DNA from: an uncultured Planctomycetales bacterium
GTDB lineage: Bacteria; Omnitrophota; Gorgyraeia; Gygaellales; Profunditerraquicolaceae
Direction of reading: 5' to 3'
Assembly: GCA_964510625.1 (NCBI GenBank)
Contig: CAZEBD010000001.1
Span: 1-46,126, forward strand
DNA length: 46,126 nt
The notes beneath the pieces were generated by a model, which ran no database searches, was not told the origin of the DNA, and saw nothing but the letters and a program-made list of their open reading frames with translations. Below are positions 41,731 through 46,126 of the stretch, piece by piece (the stretch's first letter is position 1; every line of letters starts with the position of its first letter). Both the position numbers and the translations under genes were made by a program.

Positions 41731-42618
41731 TTATTTTGATAAAGGCATTTTTTCTTTGGATAACCCGCGCAAAACCTCGATATATTCCGTGGTGTCCACT
41801 ACCGGCGCATCGGCTACCGGAGCCGGTTCATTTTGCGGCATAATATACCGGAATAAAGTCTCCCAGCTGGCCGGAGTAATCGGTTCGGTATTGGCATCCG
41901 CCGGAGAACGCATAATCAGGCGGATCTTACCCTGCTCCTGGACAAAAGCGATCAGGTTTGCTTCCTGAAGCCCTAAAGCCAAAGTAATCAGAGAATTTCC
42001 GCCGGAAGAAGAAGCCGGCTCTGAAGAGTATCTGCTGGCCGAGGCAACTACCCCCATATTCTGCCCGACCGCCAACACTAAAATATTCTGAAATAAAGGC
42101 ACTACCGCCATTTCATTAGACCCCTGCTGGGTAGGCACCGGAATTATCGCCAGCACATCTACATAATCACCGGGTTTGACCATCCCGGCCAAAGAAGACA
42201 TATTATCCACAACTACAGAAATCGCCCGCTTCCCGGCAGGAGTTACCCCCGCTAATCCCCCGGTAGTCCCTCTTTCCCTGGCCAATTTAGAAAGGCTGAT
42301 CTGCTCACCCTTAGATATCGGGGCAACGGTGATCATGCCGGAAATTCTATCTAAAGAAGTTACCGCTTGCGGCTGAACAAATTTATTGGGGACAATAGAA
42401 GTTTCAAACATCTCTGCGGCAATCACCGCCCCTTGCGGGATATCATCTTTAGCAACCAAGACCGAAGTCTGGTTAGACTGCATCTGTGCAATTGCCGCTT
42501 TGGCCTTATCGCGCAGAGACTGCTCCTGCTGGTCTAAATACATCTTGGTCATCACAATCGCCATAACCCCCAGGATTATTCCGCTGATCAAAATAAGCTT
42601 CTGTCTGTCGATAGCCAT
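41731..42618 (-). CDS. cpaB: Flp pilus assembly protein CpaB/RcpC-like (295 aa)
   Basis: It has an N-terminal TM and a SAF-like segment (VLVAKDDIPQGAVIAAEMF), followed by a C-terminal RcpC-like region. The start overlaps the upstream stop (TAATG). Confidence 0.75.
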   Translation of the reverse strand: MAIDRQKLILISGIILGVMAIVMTKMYLDQQEQSLRDKAKAAIAQMQSNQTSVLVAKDDIPQGAVIAAEMFETSIVPNKFVQPQAVTSLDRISGMITVAPISKGEQISLSKLARERGTTGGLAGVTPAGKRAISVVVDNMSSLAGMVKPGDYVDVLAIIPVPTQQGSNEMAVVPLFQNILVLAVGQNMGVVASASRYSSEPASSSGGNSLITLALGLQEANLIAFVQEQGKIRLIMRSPADANTEPITPASWETLFRYIMPQNEPAPVADAPVVDTTEYIEVLRGLSKEKMPLSK

Positions 42619-43535
42619 TATTTTATCTCTCCTTCGAATATGTCAATCTTAGCGTCGCGGGAAAGCTTACCGATCAACTCCTCCAGGGCCTGTTGCTGCT
42701 TAAGAAAAACCAAGGCGCGCTTAATATCCTCCCACATTTCACTTAAAGGTTTTTGTTTGCCTCCGCGTTTGGCCTCTAATTTAACAATACTCCAGCCTTC
42801 GGGGGTTTTAAATGTGCTGCTTACCTTGCCGACCTCCAGGGAATCGGAAAAAGCTGCCGCATCAAATTGTGCGGATTTCTTCTGCCTTTGGATGAAACCT
42901 AAATCCCCGCCGTCTTTGGCGCTTGAAGATTTTGAGTTGCTCCTGGCCAGGGTGGCAAAATCCGCTCCCTGCAAAAGCTGGATCAGGATATCCCGGGCTT
43001 CCTGCTCGCTACCGACGACGATTTCGGAAATCTGCCTCTCCTCCGGTTCCTTGAGCTGTTCCTTGTAAGTGTTATAATAATCCTCTATCTCTTTGGAGGT
43101 CGCATCGATATTTTTGGTAATTTCTTTAATATCCTGCATGACCATCAGGTCGCGCTTATTTTTTTCCAGCGCCTGCCTGACCTCTTCATCGCGGTCTAAG
43201 CCTTTGTCCAGGGCATCCTGATAAATCAAGGCCCGGCGGATTACTTCATTCTTCAGGTAAGCCACCTTTTGCTCTTTGGTCACAATCTTATTTTCAGGAC
43301 GGTCATTCGGGACATTGTCATTATATAAACTGATCTCTTCATTCAGATCATCCAGGCCGATAGCGATATTATTGACCTTGGCGACCACCGAACCTTTAGG
43401 GATAATCGCTGCTGCCGGGCTATTTACCGTTTTTACCTCGACTTTCTTCTTCGGTAAAGGGTTAAATTTATCGCACCCCAGAATGCTGCTGAATAACAGG
43501 CCGCTGATTATGCATAAAGCTAATTTCTTTTTCAC
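42618..43535 (-). CDS. Lipoprotein with a parvulin-type peptidyl-prolyl isomerase domain (PrsA/SurA-like, 305 aa)
   Basis: GTG start 5 nt after AAGGAGG. The lipobox is FSSILGC. The parvulin-like region reads ISEIVVGSEQEARDILIQLLQGADFATLARSNS....GGDLGFI...FDAAAFSL.VGKVS..FKTPEGWSIVKLE. Confidence 0.7.
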   Translation of the reverse strand: MKKKLALCIISGLLFSSILGCDKFNPLPKKKVEVKTVNSPAAAIIPKGSVVAKVNNIAIGLDDLNEEISLYNDNVPNDRPENKIVTKEQKVAYLKNEVIRRALIYQDALDKGLDRDEEVRQALEKNKRDLMVMQDIKEITKNIDATSKEIEDYYNTYKEQLKEPEERQISEIVVGSEQEARDILIQLLQGADFATLARSNSKSSSAKDGGDLGFIQRQKKSAQFDAAAFSDSLEVGKVSSTFKTPEGWSIVKLEAKRGGKQKPLSEMWEDIKRALVFLKQQQALEELIGKLSRDAKIDIFEGEIK

Positions 43536-43565
43536 AAATACCTCCTTAGGCTATATTAAGAAAAG

Positions 43566-43808
43566 TTAGTCTTTATGGCCGGTGCTGATTATTTGCACTA
43601 AGATATCGGCCATTTTAGCAACCAAATAAAAGAAGAAAAATGCGAACGCATAAAATGCTAAAATCACCAGGCCCATCCAGCGCGGGTTACCCGGCATCTT
43701 ACCCATCAATAAAGAAGCCGCACCTAAAAGCCCCAGCAATAAAAAAATCCAGGCAGTGACCTTAACCACTACGCTGGAACATTTTAAGAAAAATATATTT
43801 TTTTGCAT
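43566..43808 (-). CDS. Small membrane protein with two predicted TM helices (80 aa)
   Basis: Track ORF. The SD is AAGGAGGGGTCTATG. The hydrophobic segments are VTAWIFLLLGLLGAASLL and GLVILAFYAFAFFFFYLVA. Confidence 0.55.
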   Translation of the reverse strand: MQKNIFFLKCSSVVVKVTAWIFLLLGLLGAASLLMGKMPGNPRWMGLVILAFYAFAFFFFYLVAKMADILVQIISTGHKD

Positions 43809-43828
43809 AGACCCCTCCTTAATTTTTT

Positions 43829-43857
43829 ATAATATTATAAAGACCGCCGAAATGCAA
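43829..43857 (-). promoter_or_regulatory. Sigma70-type promoter upstream of the small membrane protein and tad assembly operon
   Basis: The minus strand reads TTGCAT (43857-43852), a 17-nt spacer, then TATTAT (43834-43829). Confidence 0.4.
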
Positions 43858-43876
43858 GAGAAATTTTAATCAATCC

Positions 43877-45982
43877 TTATTTTTTTATGCCGGCTTCTTC
43901 GGATTTATTCAGATATTTCGCAGAATACGGAGCTAATCCGCTGGCCTTGCGCAGGTATTTTTTTGCCTCCGGCAAATTCCCCTTATTTTCATAATACCTT
44001 CCCAAAAGATAATACCCTTGCGCATACTCCGGGAACAGCTTAATAATTTTTTTATAGGTCGCTTCCAGGTTTTCATCATCGCCGATTTGTAAATAATAAT
44101 CGCTTAAGGCCTCCAAAACAGATAAACTGTTGGGCGCATAAACCGCAGCCAGGCGCAAATATTGATAGGCCTGCTCCAAGGTGTCCTTATGCAGATAGGT
44201 TCTGCCCAAGACAACATATGCTTCGGCAGCGCTGGGCAAAATCTTTAATGCTTCCTCGGCCTGCGCCCGGGCTTTTTGTTCGGCACCCAGGTCAAGCAGC
44301 ATCCGGCTTAACCGCAGATAAGGAACAGGGTTTACCCGGCGTAAACCCAGCTTATGTAAATCTGCTTTTTGCACCGGCCAACGCTCTAACTCCACCCGTA
44401 AACGCTGGAGGAGCTCCTGGTTTTGTTTTGCCTGCCGGATAAAAATTAAACCATCCGGATTTAAATAAACTAAAGCCCAATCTTTGCTCCGGTAAAGATG
44501 CCCGGCCAATGCTTTAAATTCAAAGAGTTTTCCGCTTAATAATACTGTGTTTATATCATATTCATCCAGCAGCTTATCGGCCGCCGGCAGATCAGCATCC
44601 AGGATCCGGCAATAGTCCTGGAAAAACCCGCTGCCATAAAGCTCTGTCCTGCCGTCGACAAAAACATGGTGGGGCGGGCAGAGCCGGTAAATAAGATAGG
44701 CTCCATGGTTAAAGGTATTAAACAGGTTATCCGGCAGTTTATTTTGGGATATAAAATCCGCTGCCTTCTGCGGATAACGGTCAGAAACCCCCAATAAAGC
44801 GCTTTTGAAACGGTTGTCTTCAAACAAATAATAACGCGCCTCAAGCAGGCGCAGGCCTGAGGAGGCAGAAATATAAATAATTGCGATCAGGCAGGCGTAT
44901 TTAAGCGCAGGCAGCTTGTTTTTCATCCGCGAAAAATTATCCGCGCACACCAGACAGGCCAGGCAGTTAAAAAAGATTATGTTGCGGTTTATATTAAAGG
45001 ACGCTGCCAGCAAAACTATCCAGGCCAGCAAGTACGCAAAATTGATCTTACGGAAATTAAACAAAAAGGATGCAAAAGAAACCACCAGCAGTAAATAGTA
45101 AGCCCAGACCTGCTGATAATCTAATTTCCAGGGAGCAACCAATTCAATAATCTGGCGGTGGATAAAATTAGGATGAAAGATGTTCTGAAAAATCATTACC
45201 AGCGGATAAAGCGCCCCTTTTATCCCGTTAGGATTGATCAATGATACCGCCACAGATAATATAAACACAAAGATTAAGTTACGCTGCACTTTTTTATCCG
45301 TCCGGATAGATTCCCCCCAATCCCAGGGAAGCTGCTTGCGCAGGCTTAACCACCCGGAGATCCCGAACAAAGCAATCAATAACGGACCGAGGATAAAAAA
45401 CCCGTGGCAGTTTACCCAAAGCAATTGAATAAACGGTAAAATAAAAACCGTTTTTTTGTTTTTGTATTTAACAAAGATGAATAAATAGGCGCAAAAAAAG
45501 AGGACGGAAAAATTCTCCGGACGGATATTAAACCTGACCTGAGAAGCAAAAATCGCCAGGGATACACAGATCACGCTTAAGGACAGGCTGGCTTTGTCTT
45601 TATAGGCAGAGAAGAAAAGCAGCAAAAACGCCAGCAGCATTACGGTAGAGGAAAAATAGATCAGGCCGTCTGGCCCGGCCCGGTTAAATAACCAATAATA
45701 GGTAATTTGGGTAAGCGCAGAATGATTGACCCAGCTTTTGCCTAAAGCCGGCCCGGAATAAAAATCGGCCTGCACAACCGCTTTATTCTGAAGAGTATAA
45801 TCGCCGGTTTTTAAATGCAGCCAGATATCCGTATCGGATAACTCTAAGCTCATGCTTAACTGCAGAAAAATGAACGCCCCCAGCAAAGCCAGGATGATCA
45901 GCAGGTATTCGGCCAAACGCTGGATTTTAGAGGGATTTAGCATTTGATAGAATTTGGCAGCCCCCTGCCCCGCAAAAGGCAT
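43877..45982 (-). CDS. Polytopic membrane protein with C-terminal TPR repeats (701 aa; a GT-C/ArnT-like glycosyltransferase is possible but unproven)
   Basis: Track ORF. About 480 aa contain more than 10 hydrophobic helices (DIWLHLKTGDY...). The remaining ~180 aa show TPR-like A/Y/L periodicity (AEEALKILPSAAEAYVVLGRTY..., YAQGYYLLGRYYENKGNLPEAKKYL). Confidence 0.65.
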   Translation of the reverse strand: MPFAGQGAAKFYQMLNPSKIQRLAEYLLIILALLGAFIFLQLSMSLELSDTDIWLHLKTGDYTLQNKAVVQADFYSGPALGKSWVNHSALTQITYYWLFNRAGPDGLIYFSSTVMLLAFLLLFFSAYKDKASLSLSVICVSLAIFASQVRFNIRPENFSVLFFCAYLFIFVKYKNKKTVFILPFIQLLWVNCHGFFILGPLLIALFGISGWLSLRKQLPWDWGESIRTDKKVQRNLIFVFILSVAVSLINPNGIKGALYPLVMIFQNIFHPNFIHRQIIELVAPWKLDYQQVWAYYLLLVVSFASFLFNFRKINFAYLLAWIVLLAASFNINRNIIFFNCLACLVCADNFSRMKNKLPALKYACLIAIIYISASSGLRLLEARYYLFEDNRFKSALLGVSDRYPQKAADFISQNKLPDNLFNTFNHGAYLIYRLCPPHHVFVDGRTELYGSGFFQDYCRILDADLPAADKLLDEYDINTVLLSGKLFEFKALAGHLYRSKDWALVYLNPDGLIFIRQAKQNQELLQRLRVELERWPVQKADLHKLGLRRVNPVPYLRLSRMLLDLGAEQKARAQAEEALKILPSAAEAYVVLGRTYLHKDTLEQAYQYLRLAAVYAPNSLSVLEALSDYYLQIGDDENLEATYKKIIKLFPEYAQGYYLLGRYYENKGNLPEAKKYLRKASGLAPYSAKYLNKSEEAGIKK

Positions 45983-46001
45983 GCGGGACTCGGTGAGACA
46001 T

Positions 46002-46079
46002 TGGTAGCCCCAACCGGATTTGAACCGGTGTTTACAGGCTGAGAACCTGACGTCCTAGGCCAGGCTAGACGATGGGGCC
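46002..46079 (-). tRNA. tRNA-Glu (anticodon CUC), with the CCA encoded
   Basis: The minus strand folds as GGCCCCA-TC-GTCT-AGCCTGGCCTA-GGAC-G-TCAGG-TTCTCAG-CCTGT-AAAC-ACCGG-TTCAAAT-CCGGT-TGGGGCT-A-CCA. This is a cloverleaf with U33, anticodon CTC, A37, a 4-nt variable loop and a TTC T-loop. Confidence 0.85.
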
Positions 46080-46097
46080 AAAAAATTTAGCTAGGTC

Positions 46098-46125
46098 ATT
46101 TTACTATATCAGTAATTTTAGTCAA
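46098..46125 (-). promoter_or_regulatory. Candidate promoter for tRNA-Glu
   Basis: The minus strand reads TTGACT (46125-46120), a 16-nt spacer, then TAAAAT (46103-46098), 18 nt before the tRNA 5' end. Confidence 0.4.
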
Positions 46126-46126
46126 C

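Noticed and set aside
1-46126. Prophage, integrative element or defence island
   Set aside because: I found no integrase, recombinase, phage structural genes, restriction-modification system, toxin-antitoxin system or cas genes. The tRNA at the right edge is not adjacent to any integrase, and the only mobile-element trace is the decayed RAYT with its REP repeats.

Overview
46.1-kb window, roughly 40-48% GC by eye. The lineage cannot be determined from the sequence; a Tad pilus locus beside a giant gene is reminiscent of Omnitrophota/CPR-type genomes, but that is inference only. Every credible gene except one transposase remnant is on the minus strand.
(1) Coordinates 1-26393 form ONE uninterrupted minus-strand reading frame. 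It starts at ATG 26393, covers at least 8,797 codons, and has no stop before the window edge, which explains why it is missing from the supplied ORF track. Hand translation gives this N-to-C order: a TM anchor; a C39-like papain-type peptidase triad; Pro/Lys/Val-rich repeats; a Gly/Ala/Ser-rich hydrophobic block; a SecA-like DEAD-motor ATPase; several TM clusters; YD-type repeats; 8 x 53-aa tandem repeats; a repeat-containing coiled coil; a clan GH-A glycosidase signature; and further TM helices. An 88-codon ORF with its own strong SD and a foreign-looking GC/codon profile is nested in another frame of this ORF.
(2) The giant-gene leader carries a TTGACA-N17-TATATT promoter, a c-di-GMP-I (GEMM-I)-like aptamer and a terminator-like hairpin.
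(3) A degenerate RAYT (REP-associated tyrosine transposase) remnant is flanked by perfect 38-bp inverted doublets of a GGGGACGTTTCCC REP motif. A REPIN-type 17-bp hairpin of the same motif lies at 37.5 kb.
(4) 27.5-43.5 kb is a Tad/Flp pilus locus. It has 14 consecutive class-III-signal (G/XXXXEY) prepilin-like genes including TadE- and TadG-like ones, plus tadB and tadC, a CpaE(TadZ)-CpaF(TadA) fusion, a secretin with a TonB_C-like tail, CpaB and a parvulin lipoprotein. It is interrupted by a 677-aa HTH/coiled-coil/polyproline protein with its own promoter bracketed by direct repeats.
(5) A 701-aa polytopic TPR protein and tRNA-Glu(CUC) close the window.
The main novelty candidate is the riboswitch-led giant motor-peptidase-glycosidase protein next to the expanded Tad locus. 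All translations were done by eye and all domain calls rest on recalled motifs, so they need HMM and structure confirmation.
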